From contig NIVC01002777.1 of the NCBI GenBank assembly GCA_002269645.1, positions 62,001 to 126,000 of the forward strand: a stretch of 64,000 nt of DNA, given 5' to 3'. This document shows positions 37,696 to 51,433 of the stretch, one piece after another (the first letter of the stretch is position 1; every line of letters begins with the position of its first letter). The position numbers were made by a program, and so were the translations under genes. Origin of the DNA: Macrostomum lignano. Its lineage: Eukaryota. The notes below the pieces were generated by a model, which saw only the letters and a list, made by a program, of their open reading frames with translations, did not search any database and was not told the origin of the DNA.

Positions 37696-40504
37696 AATCT
37701 GATATAGGCCATGTTTAGGCACCTAGCATACCTTTATATAGAGGCCTAATTTATAATAATATGGTAAATGAAATTTTATTATACATTGATAGTCAAAGTG
37801 AACGAATTAAAACTTCAATGTCGATTTTCTAAGCATTCATTTAGATTTAAATTACTGAATTTTTAACCAATTGTGTAAAGCAGTTTGTCATTTGAATTGT
37901 TTTTTGGGGCAAGGTTTAACTTTAAGGGCCTGATTTTAGAGAAATTTGCTAGCCCAATGCCAGCCCTGCACTAGCCCACTCAAACAAAAATTAAAACGCC
38001 TGGGAAATGAAGCCAGTATGATTTAATGAGCTGAAATCTTTTGGGGCATAACTTTTGGACCATAGGCCCTAATCTATAAGATTTTATTAAAGCTGCATCT
38101 GGGGCATAATTTTAAAATTTTGACGCGGCTGAGACGCGGCTAGCGACATGGAGGTAGACAATACTGGGACAACAGACAACAGTAGAACATATGCCATACA
38201 TAAATATTACAAATGAAGATATTCAGTTGATGTTTTCAGCACTGAGGACTGAGGTCACTGAGGAGTTTGTTCAATTGCGCCAATAAAACAGTCGCACAGA
38301 AATTAAAATAGCTATAACGCACAGTTTGTATTCTTATGCCGTATCGGCTTGACATGCTCCATGTTTGCTCCCGCTTAAAAAATTGAAGCCGATTCCTGGT
38401 TAAAATCCTAGTTAAACTGAATATTCAGGGTTTATCTAGGAATGAGAATGATCGAGAGTTAAGATCGCGTCCAAGTTAAACTGACGTTTGAATTCTTTAC
38501 ACTTTAACAAAGCACGGTCAAAAAAGTTGAAAAATGACTGTTAAAGTAAGCTAACTGCAAATAAAGTTGTATTTAAAATATTAGACTGAGCTTCATTACA
38601 CACATATATGAAACACAGCATGAAAAGTAATAGATTTGAATGTTATCGCGCGCTCAGACGCATGTTAATTTAATTTTATTTTAGTTAATTTCAAAGCAAA
38701 ACGAAAAATATTTAAATTTGCAGATCGTCTCTGCACAGTTAAACAACATGCTATGCTGCGAGTATATTAAAACATCTTTGTTTGGAGTCAAACATTTATG
38801 GACTGACTTTTTGTGAAAAGTCAGTTTTGTGAAAAAACTTTGTCTATTTTGTGAAAAAATAAGTAAGTTTACAAAAGCATGGCGTAAAAGTGCAGTAGCA
38901 CAAACGTTTCATTTTTCGGATCTAAAAAAGCAAGGAATTCATTCTTTTATTTTCTTAATTTTAACTGCTTAAACCGGAGTCGTACAGAAAGTGGCAATTA
39001 CTCTACGCTGTAAAACTGCATCTATACATACGGACGAGGGGTTCAAAAAGTTTTGTCGTTCGCCTTTTTTGAGCAGAAATTTGATAAAATTGTTTTTTAA
39101 CATAGCCTACCTTCTGCCGATCAATTAATGCACTTAAAAATCGGTCGCAGCGCCTGATGTCACCGGTGTACATGTGTACGTGTAGAAATCTGCCGGTTGA
39201 TTCTCCAGCCACTGGTTGGCGAGGGTTTAAGGGGTTATAGAGACCTACTACTCTTCGTTAGACTCGAAATGGGGTCATGGGTGGAGCGGCCGCTTGTATC
39301 TGTACATATATATGTAATTTAAGTTGACAGAGCAGCATGTATAAAAATAGGAGGGTGCCAGATCTGATAAGAATTGGCTGGATGACGGAGAGGATCGAGG
39401 ATTCACATAGTGGTTGAGCTGGGGGCATTTTGTCGTGAAGTAGCAGGGTGCCAGCAATCCCCTTTCCACTCTTCCTGGACAACTGCAGCCTGACAAGCCG
39501 CGGCCCAACAAAACGCAGCCCGGTGCAAAGTCCTCGTTTCCAGAACTGACTATAGACTGTGTACGTCCTTGCATGCCTCTCGCATATACAGCTAAATCGG
39601 CCATTTCTAGTACAGTTAATAAAAATTCGTTTGCAGACTGATGGAGTCCCTTCTCGTTAGTGCATGGGAGTCTCCCGCGGGGGTACTCCTGTACAGGTGA
39701 CTGAGTGAGATGACCTTTAAGCATGTACCTTTAAGCAACCCAGTCCGCTGTCTAGATAATGGGATCTTGGCCGCAACGTCAGCTACCGCACCATGCAGGA
39801 GGCAGCTACAGTCAAGGGGACGAGGCCTGGCGGCTGACATTTCAGTGCCTGGAGCCCAGGGGTTGCACAGGTGTACGTTCTCATGCAGCCTGAATTTACG
39901 TCATCAAATAATTGCAGTAGTATATTTTTTAGTCTTTATATTCTCCATTTACATGTAACGCTTCTCCGTCCAAAAAACGATCTGACGGATACTGTATCAG
40001 AGTTTGCTCTTGCATGTGTTGCCCCCCTCCTCAAACTTTAATAATTTTCTTCTTCCGCCACGCCTGCAGTTGTGGAGTACACAGACTTTATCACTATTCG
40101 ATGCTGTTGGCTATTTTAAAGTATATAATATATATTAACGAGTGTTCAGTACATTGTATTTCTACCATTTTGTAAAGAAATCCAGAAGTGCTTGAAATTT
40201 TTGCAAAAAGATTCATAGTTACGATCAGCGTAAATTACATTATAGAGACATGAAAAGATTTGATCAGACACTTCCCTAATATTCCTTACAAAATGTACAA
40301 AAAATGAGTATACAATTAAAAGAATTCATGAATTCAACAGGCACATATTCTTTCTAAGACGGAACATAAGACTAGAGAACCATCTGCATCTCAATAGAAC
40401 AGCGCTCTCCAGGCATTTAATATCTATACACATAATTTAACGATCAACGATGTTATATTTATATACATTTTGGTTAGATGTACAATAAATCAGCTCGATG
40501 GATT

Positions 40505-41120
40505 AAGCGTCGGCGAAAGTTTACGTCGGCAATGTATTTAAAATGGGAAAAGTTAGCATCGGCAAAAGTTTACGTCGGCAATGTATCTAAATGGGAAAAT
40601 TAAGTTTGCGTCGGCAAAAGTTTACGTCAGCAATGTATCTAAATGGGAAAATTAAGTTAGCGTCGGCAAAAGTTTACGTCGGCAATGTATCTAAATGGGA
40701 AAATTAAGTTAGCGTCGGCAAAAGTTTACGTCAGCAATGTATCTAAATGGGAAAATTAAGTTAGCGTCGGCAAAAGTTTACGTCAGCAATGTATCTAAAT
40801 GGGAAAATTAAGTTAGCGTCGGCAAAAGTTTACGTCGGCAATGTATCTAAATGGGAAAATTAAGTTAGCGTCGGCAAAAGTTTACGTCGGCAATGTATCT
40901 AAATGGGAAAATTAAGTTAGCGTCGGCAAAAATTAAGTTTTGGCGTCGGCAAAAGTTTACGTCGGCAATGTATTTAAATGGGAAAAGTTATCATCGGCAA
41001 AAGTTTACGTCGGCAATGTATTTAAGTGGGAAATGTAGCGTCGGCAATGTACGAGCGTATTTAATTAAATGGGAAAATTAAGTTAGCGCCGGCAAAAGTT
41101 TACGGCGGCAATGTATTTAA
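40505..41120. repeat. 52-bp minisatellite
   Basis: Unit GCGTCGGCAAAAGTTTACGTCGGCAATGTATCTAAATGGGAAAATTAAGTTA. Confidence 0.95.
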
Positions 41121-42524
41121 ATGGGAACAGTATGTTGGACAGAGACAGATCTAGGGAGTGTCGAGTGAGTCATCACTGCTGAATCACGCCATTTGCCTAA
41201 TAGTTTGCCTTGCTTGATCATTTGGTAGGCGGCGCTTTGAGTGGCCTTGGGGATTCCCTGTCCGCCACCCCATTCCGTTTGTCGTCCAGTGTGCAGCCAA
41301 CCCACGTCGGTTTAGCGTCGGTAAAAACCGATCGGCCAAAGTTATATACATTCCTGAAGACAAGAGAAAACATTTGTCATATTAGGGTTAGGGTAGGGTT
41401 AGGTTTTGTGAGTTCTGTGTCGAAGTTGTGAAATGTCGGAGCTGTGAAAGCACCTCTATGTAGAATAAAAAATTAACATAGAATCCTAATTTTCTGAACG
41501 AAAAGCTTTATAAATATCGATAGAGCAATAAAAAAGGCACAACATATCAAAAGATGAACACTGGATCTGCCTCCTATCAAACGCAATAACAATTTTTGTG
41601 CTGAAAAAATGAAAACTTCCTATCTCCGTAGTGTATTTTTTCGGGAAAAAGTGCCTTCAAAACTTTTCTAAGAAACGAGGTTTCCCGTCCTTCTACTTAA
41701 GTCGTCCTTGCTCTGGCTGTGTATGCGGAATGAAGCAAAACACCCTATGAGTCGCGTTCGCCCGTTGAAGAGCGTTGCCACTCAGTGTGCACAGGTTTTG
41801 CCAGCGGGGGGGGGGTCAAAGCAGCCACAAAGATTCGCGTACTCCATCTTGGAGCCCATTCCAGCTTGAACTACGTGATAGTAATAGTGATCAATCATGA
41901 AGAGCTCATCATGAAATAATGTTTAAAATAGATCAGACTATATAAATTATAAGAAACAGCACTATAGAAGACGCTAATAGTTTAGCTGTACTGACTATAA
42001 TCAATTAAGTGACTGGATCCCTGGCTGCATCCAAAGTATAGATCCGAAAACCCTAACCAGCCCCTAAGTTCTTAACTGTGGACTTGTCTGCTACAAGTAG
42101 CTTCTTATTTTATAATATTTTATAATATGACAATCAAGAAGCATACTAGATAATATGTGCTTACTGTAAGCAGTTTGAGTGCAGATCGCAGTGCATTTCT
42201 GCTGTCGTATACAACATGCAATAACAACATTGTTGGCTGGGAAAGTTGCTAAAGGCATCGCAAGTAAATAGGGGGAGTAAATACATTCCAACAGGATGCG
42301 GAATATTTTTTTACCCCTCACCGACCAAAGATTGGTACTACTAAGGGTCTGGTTAATAACCGTAGCACACGGGTGGCAACCCAGTATCTGGTTGGCACAT
42401 AGCCATCGCCCATCTATTTTGAAAACTGCCCCATCTCAAAAGTAGCAAATAAGAAACAAATAGACTTAAAATGTCAATTAAATAGGAAACAGCTTATCTT
42501 AACAAATAAAAAAGGTAATATTAA

Positions 42525-45287
42525 GGGTGTGTATAAAAGCTGGCACTGGCACATTGGACACATTGGACACCCCTTTTTATAACAAAATTAGATATGAAAA
42601 TGCAAAATAAACTTGCAGAGCTACTTTTAAAAAATTTAAAAAAAATGATAATAATAGAAATGACATCCTTGCTTTTGTGATAAATGATTTGTTAAATATT
42701 CTTTGTATTATCGTTTTTTGTACATGTTTAATTTGGCATTCGATTTTTTAAAATAATCGCACATGCAAAAACTGTACAGCTTGCAATGCTATTACTCTGT
42801 GATTTTACTACCCCGAAGGTTCTGTACTACAGGCGTACCGATTTAATGCTAAATATGCCTGATATATGAAATGATCAAACTAATAGTCAGAACTCAATTC
42901 TCCATAAAATGATGAAGCATTCTGCTCTTATCAAAAAACCACAACTTATTTTGTTAGGATTACTTCATGAAGAACGAACTTTGGATATTCCAAATTGCAA
43001 GTATTTCTATATTAAAAAAGTTAATACATTGGCAGATTATTTGATGAAAAAATTGCACCCAAAAAGTTTTTTTTACTTTGAAAGATGATGAAAATATTAA
43101 TAATTTCCAAGCTTCTTCTTTTATTAGTTCAATTACTTTTTGTATGATTTCAACCAACAAAAAAGGAATAGCTACTCAGTGAAAGTTCAAATTACAGTCT
43201 CTTCTTTATATACAATCCTTTTAAGAAAACCTTTATTATTATGAATAATTTGCCAAGTCATGATATTTAAGAAATTGTGCTAATCATTTAAATTATGAGT
43301 TAAAAAATGCAAGCATATAAGTAAAAAATCTACCCTACAGACCAAGAAGTCTTTTTACTGAAAAGTTATATGTGACGCTTTGAATAAACAACATATAAAC
43401 CATCTTCACATAACATTAATTGTCATTTATTTCAGACCTAAATCCTTTAGCACATTAAATATTCTGCACGTATGTTGCAGGGTATACTTCCTTCTTCTAA
43501 AATCCTACAAATGACACAAAGTTTTAATAGGCAAATTTATTAGTATTGTTTATATTAATATTTCTATGTTTATGAGAAGTTTTCCAATAAGAACAAGTTC
43601 CCAATCATTAAAACACGATTTTTTAATTCTAATGTCTAAAATTATGGTGTTCTAAGGGACCAAGTGATAGGTTTTAAGCTACTATTAGCACCTGCATGAT
43701 TTATGTATTTAATACCTACACATTCCTTAATATCTATAGTTCGCCTAATTGCCTAATTGCTAACCCTAATTCTAGCCTTCTTGGCTTACAAGTTTGAGTC
43801 TTCACAGCATATTATTCAATGCAAGCCCTACTAATTTTATTAGCCTCTCTTAATTTTATAAAATAATAATTTTCTTTAGTGTAACTGCTCCAAAAATTTC
43901 AACTTTAATTTAAGTGGTGTGCCGAAACACCACTTGCACCATTACAGCCCTGTCTATAATTTTTTTGTGCTAATTGGTTGACCACTTTCAATAATTTTCT
44001 TGGGTCAAGAGTGTGATATCTGCATATCGCAGCATGAATTTTTTAAAGAATCCCTAATTTTATACAAGGAATCATATATATTTATAGAAAGTTAGCTCTT
44101 AGAGTAGAGATAAAGTACATAAGACTATTAAAAGCAACTTTTCATACAATTGCTTATGGTAATGATTTCTATTGTTATAAAGTTACAAATAAATAAAAAG
44201 TTACATTGCATTTAAACTGTACTTTATGAGTTGTAAGCCTTTCAACTCAGAGTGCACTTCAATTGCTTTAATATACATTGCTAGATGTTATTTAGCATTT
44301 CTTTGTTATTTATCATTTAACTCATTGCATTGTTTAATTGCTAATTTCATTTGCTCAGCTGCAATATTTATTACTTTTTTATTAATGCCAATGTTTGTTA
44401 TACTTTTTCTCCCAATTTTTAGTGTTTGTGGTATTCTTTTGTGAAATTTTAATTTTTCAGCTGTATCTATCTTTACAAAAAATTGTACCTGTAAACTTAT
44501 GGTTTTTTGCTTACAATGGTACTGTACTAAATTATATTTTATTTCCTTGTTAGATTCTCTAAATTGAAAAAGTAATGCACTGCTTTATTATCATGCATAT
44601 TGAATATTAAGGATAGTTAGTATTCCTTCCTTGAAAAAGATTCTAGAGTTGGATTCTATTTGATAAGAGAATAAATAATTTATTGAGTTTAAATGTTTTT
44701 AAAACATTAATTAATTGCATTTTGATGGAAATCATAACTTAAAAAATTATTCGTTTTTTTATTTAAGACACGGGGGATTTCAAAAGTCCATATTAACAAC
44801 AAATCAAACATTAAAATTATGGGAGAGAGAGAGAGAGAGAGAGAAGTATTAGATTCACTTTCACCATTGCTGTTGATTTATGGAAAGGCAGTAAACAAGC
44901 CAGAGCAGCTGCAAATTGTCAAATATGCCATGTCCGGCTATAAAATTCTGCAACTAGTCTGCTGCTCACTTTTTCCAACGTTTATTGAGGACAAGAAACG
45001 GCATTTAATGTTTCTATGTTTTCTGTAAGTGCACAAACTAGGTAAATGAAAATGACGTACCGAAAGTAGTTCGACAATAAAGCAAGATAAGAAATGAATT
45101 TAAATGTAGTATAAAACTTGTTGATACTACCAATCTCATGGTTGTTAGAAGTATATGAAAAATGCAATTATAAATAAATATTTACATTTTCATTCGAAAG
45201 CCAAAGTATATTTATTCAAGCAAAACAACGACCAAAACTCGATTTTTGTTAACATAAGGGGTGTCCAATGTGCCAATGGTGCCCTGC
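42525..45287. mobile_element. Non-autonomous TIR transposon (MULE-like), unit 1 of a head-to-tail dimer
   Basis: Left TIR GGGTGTGTATAAAAGCTGGCAC...GGACACCCC preceded by TAATATTAA; the right TIR lacks its outer 14 bp. Confidence 0.8.
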
Positions 45288-47992
45288 GGGTGTGTATAAA
45301 AGCTGGCACTGGCACATTGGACACATTGGACACCCCTTTTTATAACAAAATTAGATATGAAAATGCAAAATAAACTTGCAGAGCTACTTTTAAAAAATTA
45401 AAAAAAATGATAATAATAGAAATGACATCCTTGCTTTTGTGATAGATGATTTGTTAAATATTCTTTGTATTATCGTTTTTTGTACATGTTTAATTTGGCA
45501 TTCGATTTTTTAAAATAATCGCACATGCAAAAACTGTACAGCTTGCAATGCTATTACTCTGTGATTTTACTACCCCGAAGGTTCTGTACTACAGGCGTAC
45601 CGATTTAATGCTAAATATGCCTGATATATGAAATGATCAAACTAATAGTCAGAACTCAATTCTCCATAAAATGATGAAGCATTCTGCTCTTATCAAAAAA
45701 CCACAACTTATTTTGTTAGGATTACTTCATGAAGAACGAACTTTGGATATTCCAAATTGCAAGTATTTCTATATTAAAAAAGTTAATACATTGGCAGATT
45801 ATTTGATGAAAAAATTGCACCCAAAAAGTTTTTTTTACTTTGAAAGATGATGAAAATATTAATAATTTCCAAGCTTCTTCTTTTATTAGTTCAATTACTT
45901 TTTGTATGATTTCAACCAACAAAAAAGGAATAGTTACTCAAGAAATTGTGCTAATCATTTAAATTATGAGTTAAAAAATGCAAGCATATAAGTAAAAAAT
46001 CTACCCTACAGACCAAGAAGTCTTTTTACTGAAAAGTTATATGTGACGCTTTGAATAAACAACATATAAACCATCTTCACATAACATTAATTGTCATTTA
46101 TTTCAGACCTAAATCCTTTAGCACATTAAATATTCTGCACGTATGTTGCAGGGTATACTTCCTTCTTCTAAAATCCTACAAATGACACAAAGTTTTAATA
46201 GGCAAATTTATTAGTATTGTTTATATTAATATTTCTATGTTTATGAGAAGTTTTCCAATAAGAACAAGTTCCCAATCATTAAAACACGATTTTTTAATTC
46301 TAATGTCTAAAATTATGGTGTTCTAAGGGACCAAGTGATAGGTTTTAAGCTACTATTAGCACCTGCATGATTTATTTATTTAATACCTACACATTCCTTA
46401 ATATCTATAGTTCGCCTAATTGCCTAATTGCTAACCCTAATTCTAGCCTTCTTGGCTTACAAGTTTGAGTCTTCACAGCATATTATTCAATTCAAGCCCT
46501 ACTAATTTTATTAGCCTCTCTTAATTTTATAAAATAATAATTTTCTTTAGTGTAACTGCTCCAAAAATTTAAATTTTAATTTAAGTAGTGTGCCGAAACA
46601 CCACTTGCACCATTACAGCCCTGTCTATAATTTTTTTGTGCTAATTGGTTGACCACTTTCAATAATTTTCTTGGGTCAAGAGTGTGATATCTGCATATCG
46701 CAGCATGAATTTTTTAAAGAATCCCTAATTTTATACAAGGAATCATATATATTTATAGAAAGTTAGCTCTTAGAGTAGAGATAAAGTACATAAGACTATT
46801 AAAAGCAACTTTTCATACAATTGCTTATGGTAATGATTTCTATTGTTATAAAGTTACAAATAAATAAAAAGTTACATTGCATTTAAACTGTACTTTATGA
46901 GTTGTAAGCCTTTCAACTCAGAGTGCACTTCAATTGCTTTAATATACATTGCTAGATGTTATTTAGCATTTCTTTGTTATTTATCATTTAACTCATTGCA
47001 TTGTTTAATTGCTAATTTCATTTGCTCAGCTGCAATATTTATTACTTTTTTATTAATGCCAATGTTTGTTATACTTTTTCTCCCAATTTTTAGTGTTTGT
47101 GGTATTCTTTTGTCAAATTTTAATTTTTCAGCTGTATCTATCTTTACAAAAAATTGTACCTGTAAACTTATGGTTTTTTGCTTACAATGGTACTGTACTA
47201 AATTATATTTTATTTCCTTGTTAGATTCTCTAAATTGAAAAAGTAATGCACTGCTTTATTATCATGCATATTGAATATTAAGGATAGTTAGTATTCCTTC
47301 CTTGAAAAAGATTCTAGAGTTTGATTCTTTTTGATAAGAGAATAAATAATTTATTGAGTTTAAATGTTTTTAAAACATTAATTAATTGCATTTTGATGGA
47401 AATCATAACTTAAAAAATTATTCGTTTTTTTATTTAAGACACGGGGGATTTCAAAAGTCCATATTAACAACAAATCAAACATTAAAATTATGGGAGAGAG
47501 AGAGAGAGAGAAGTATTAGATTCACTTTCACCATTGCTGTTGATTTATGGAAAGGCAGTAAACAAGCCAGAGCAGCTGCAAATTGTCAAATATGCCATGT
47601 CCGGCTATAAAATTCTGCAACTAGTCTGCTGCTCACTTTTTCCAACGTTTATTGAGGACAAGAAACGGCATTTAATGTTTCTATGTTTTCTGTAAGTGCA
47701 CAAACTAGGTAAATGAAAATGACGTACCGAAAGTAGTTCGACAATAAAGCAAGATAAGAAATGAATTTAAATGTAGTATAAAACTTGTTGATACTACCAA
47801 TCTCATGGTTGTTAGAAGTATATGAAAAAGTGCAATTATAAATAAATATTTACATTTTCATTCGAAAGCCAAAGTATATTTATTCAAGCAAAACAACGAC
47901 CAAAACTCGATTTTTGTTAACATAAGGGGTGTCCAATGTGCCAATGGTGCCCTGCTTTTATACATACCCGTGCCCTGCTTTTATACAGACCC
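45288..47992. mobile_element. MULE-like element, unit 2 of the dimer
   Basis: Near-identical to unit 1 with an internal deletion of about 90 bp; right end GCTTTTATACA(T/G)ACCC is duplicated, followed by 9-bp TSD TAATATTAA. Confidence 0.8.
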
Positions 47993-49209
47993 TAATATTA
48001 AAAGTAACAAAGCAGTAAAATTAACTAACAAAGTAGTCTTAATTACCACGAGGTAGTAGAAAATTCTCTTTTTGTATTGCAAGTTTATAAATTAATTATA
48101 ATATGTGGGGCATTGTGTAATTAAAATTAAAAGTCCTCAAAAATGAATTCGCCGAAACATTGCAATACTTTGCCAAAACATTACTTCACCGAAAAATTAC
48201 TTTGCCGAAATGTTGCGTAGCCCTTGGGATATATTTATCAGGGAAATCTCTAGAATGAAATGTTTAGTGCCCTACAGGCCTACACATGGTCAGAAACTTT
48301 AGAAAGTTTGCAAAGGTTTAGTACAAGGTCACTGTAGGTCTTACAAAATGACACAATTGATTTTTACCGAAATTGTACCGATTAGAAAGTTTGGCTTGCA
48401 TGTAGGTAGGCCTATTGTAGTATATAAAATGAATAGAATTACTTATCTACTTACTTTATTTATTGCTCAATGCTAAAAATATTTACCAATTACCATTTGA
48501 TTAAATAATCTAAGTGAAGGTCTTATTTCAGTGACATTAATAGGCCTAGGCTGGCTTAGCCCTAATTTAATTTGATTTATGATTACATCATAATAGTGCC
48601 CAGTAAATCAATAATTTTATTTTATAGGCCAGAGAAAGAATACATGTTATAGGCCTACTACAAGGAAATATTGCATATTATAATCATATATATAGCTAGG
48701 GCTAGGGTAGGCCTAGATATTAGGGGGAAGCTAAAAGGGCCATTCCCCCACTTCTTAGGTCTAGCCATTGCCAAAAAAATTTGAGCCATATTTTTATGAT
48801 CTATAACTTTGCAAGGTCTATTTTCCAACATAGGGTTGTAATTGTTTAATATAGCTTGCCCCTTTAAAAAAATTCTAGATCTAGGCCTATCTTTATGTTT
48901 TATGCACAATTGGTAAACTAAACCCTAATATTAAAAATCTAACAAGAGAAGAAAGGAGGATATATATACATTTATATTTAAAGCTGAGTGGATTGGCCAG
49001 GTTTATTACATATATATATATGAAGCCAACTCTTCTATTGAAGGAAAAAAACTCACATTGCTAAAAGTCTATTCCCTAAAATCCCATGACCTAAATCCCA
49101 TTTTCCAAATCCTCTCCAACTTGTCTATAGACCCAGCTTAAAAACTCTCAAGTACCATATCTTGTTTTTTCTATTTGAAAAAATTGACCAGTTGCTATCA
49201 TCTAGATTG

Positions 49210-49548
49210 ACTCTTTCTCTCTCCTCTTTCCTCTCTCCTTTCTTATTTCTAAACTTTCCTTTCCTCTTTGCTCTTATCTCTTATCTCATATTTACTCTCT
49301 TATCTATTATCTTTCTTTTCTCTTCTTTCTTTTTTCCTTTTTCATCTTGCTTCTCTTTTTCCTCTTTTCTTTTCCCTTTTCTTGCTTCTCTCTTTCTTCT
49401 TCTCTTATCTCCTATCTCTCCTCTCTCCTCTCTGTGCTCTTATTTCTATTCTTTTTTACTTTGTCTATACTTTCTGTTCTCTACTTTCTTATCTCTCTTC
49501 TCATTTCTCTTATCTTTTCTCTCATTTCTCATCTCTATCTCTATCTTG
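49210..49548. repeat. Pyrimidine-rich low-complexity tract upstream of copy B
   Basis: Direct reading. Confidence 0.85.
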
Positions 49549-49818
49549 TAATCCTATTTTAGGCATAAAGTATGTCTTAAAAATCATTAATGGCACTTTT
49601 TGAAAACATTTTGTGCCAAATGGCTTTGCATGAGGTCATTGCCAATAAAAAGTTAGGTGCTCACTATCCATAGAGTCTAAAAAAATTCGAATGTTCTTGC
49701 AAATCTTCAGATTTTATGGAAATGGTTCATAGGTTTGGAATATCTATATTCTATACATTTCTATACCATATTTTTGTACACAAAAATCTGTATAATTTCT
49801 AACCATATTTCTTAACTG

Positions 49819-50229
49819 ATGGAGAAGCAGGAGCCATACAAGGACGCTCTGAACTTTGACCATGTGTTTCGGCACATTCAGTCAGCGCCATTGCTGACGC
49901 TGGACAATGTGTTGAACTTCCTGCTGACTACAGGCGGCAGCGCCACGGTGCCAGAATTCCTGGAGAGATTCGCATTGGCATCAAATTTCCCACTGGATCA
50001 GTGGCTGTCGGATCAGCCAGGCGGGAAGCTCATTCTGTGTGAGGGGCGGCTCAATGCTTATCCTTGTGTTCGAATTTGCCAGTTCTACAATGGCGCCAAG
50101 GACAGCTGCACGAATCCGAAGTGCAAGCGGCTGCACTTCTGTCTGTGGTGGCTGGGCGACCCAGATGGAAGGGTGCACAATGGACAGTGCGGTCTGGTTC
50201 ACGGACTGGGAGATGCGCGCAATAAGGAG
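49819..50229 (+). CDS. ZAP/PARP12-like copy B, exon 1 (HTH plus fingers 1-2 of module 1)
   Basis: ATG GAG AAG CAG preceded by an in-frame TAA; near-identical to copy A exon 3; donor GAG|GTCTGT. Confidence 0.85.
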
Positions 50230-50239
50230 GTCTGTCAAC

Positions 50240-51420
50240 TGCTGTTTTGTGCTGTCAGTAACTTATGTTTTGTGCTGCTTCATGCTGTCAGTAATTGCTG
50301 TTTTGTGCTGTCAGTAATTGCTGTTTTGTGCTGTCAGTAATTGCTGTTTTGTGTTGTCAGTTATTGCTGTTTTGTGCTGTTAATAACTGCTGTTTTGTGC
50401 TGTCGGTAACTGCTGTTTTGTGCTGTCAGTTATTGCTGTTTTGTGCTGTTAATAACTGCTGTTTTGTGCTGTCGGTAACTGCTGTTTTGTGCTGTCAGTT
50501 ATTGCTGTTTTGTGCTGTTAATAACTGCTGTTTTGTGCTGTCGGTAACTGCTGTTTTGTGCTGTCAATAATTGCTGTTTTGTGCTGTCAATAACTGCTGT
50601 TTTTTGCTGTCAGTAACTGATGTTTTGTGCTGCTTCATGCTGTCAGTAGTGCTGTTTTATGCTGTCAATAATAGCTGTTTTGTGCTGTTTCATGCTGTCA
50701 GTAATATCTGTTTTGTGCTGTTTCATGCTGTCAGTAGCTGCTGTTTTGTGCTGTCAGTAATTGCTGTTTCATGCTGTCAGTAGCTGCTGTTTTGTGCTGT
50801 CAGTAATTGCTGTTTTGTGCTGTTAATAACTGCTGTTTTTTGCTGTCAGTAATATCTGTTTTGTGCTGTTTCATTCTGTCAGTAGCTGCTGTTTTGTGCT
50901 GTTTTATGCTGTCAGTGACTCAGTATATTCTATTATGTGCTATGAGCAATTGCTGTCTTATGCTTTTAGTGATTGCTGATTGCTGTTTTAGGCTGTAACT
51001 AATGCTGTTTTGTGCTGTCATCACGATTTCCCTCTGTCACCTGCAGCTCCAGCTGTACTTGTCATCACAGCCATCCAATCAGTCACCTGCTTGTCATCAC
51101 AGCCATCATCCAATCAGTCACCTGCAGCTCCAGCTGTACTCGTCATCACAGCCATCATCCAATCAGTCAGTCAGTCACCTGCAGCTCCAGCTGTACTCGT
51201 CATCACAGCCATCATCCAATCAGTCACCTGCAGCTTCAGCTGTACTCGTCATCACAGCCATCATCCAATCAGTCACCTGCAGCTTCAGCTGTACTCGTCA
51301 TCACAGCCATCATCCAATCAGTCACCTGCAGCTCCAGCTGTACTCGTCATCACAGCCATCATCTAATCATTCACCTGCAGCTTCAGCTGTACTCGTCATC
51401 ACAGCCATCATCTAATCATT
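50240..51420. repeat. Bipartite minisatellite intron 1 of copy B: about 23-bp (CTGTTTTGTGCTGTCAGTAATTG)n then 49-bp array ending TCACCTGCAG
   Basis: Direct reading. Confidence 0.93.
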
Positions 51421-51433
51421 CACCCGCCCGCAG

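Noticed and set aside
39240-39960. Moderately GC-rich island with several short ORFs
   Set aside because: No consistent frame, splice pattern or motif recognised; cannot support a call without a database search
41380-41410. TTAGGG-like motifs suggesting telomeric sequence
   Set aside because: Only 3-4 imperfect units; more typical of transposon-internal sequence
43700-44450. YRQGCNGASGVS fragment resembling the hAT GQGYDGAS motif inside the dimer element
   Set aside because: Too degraded, surrounded by stops, and in conflict with the 9-bp TSD; left unassigned
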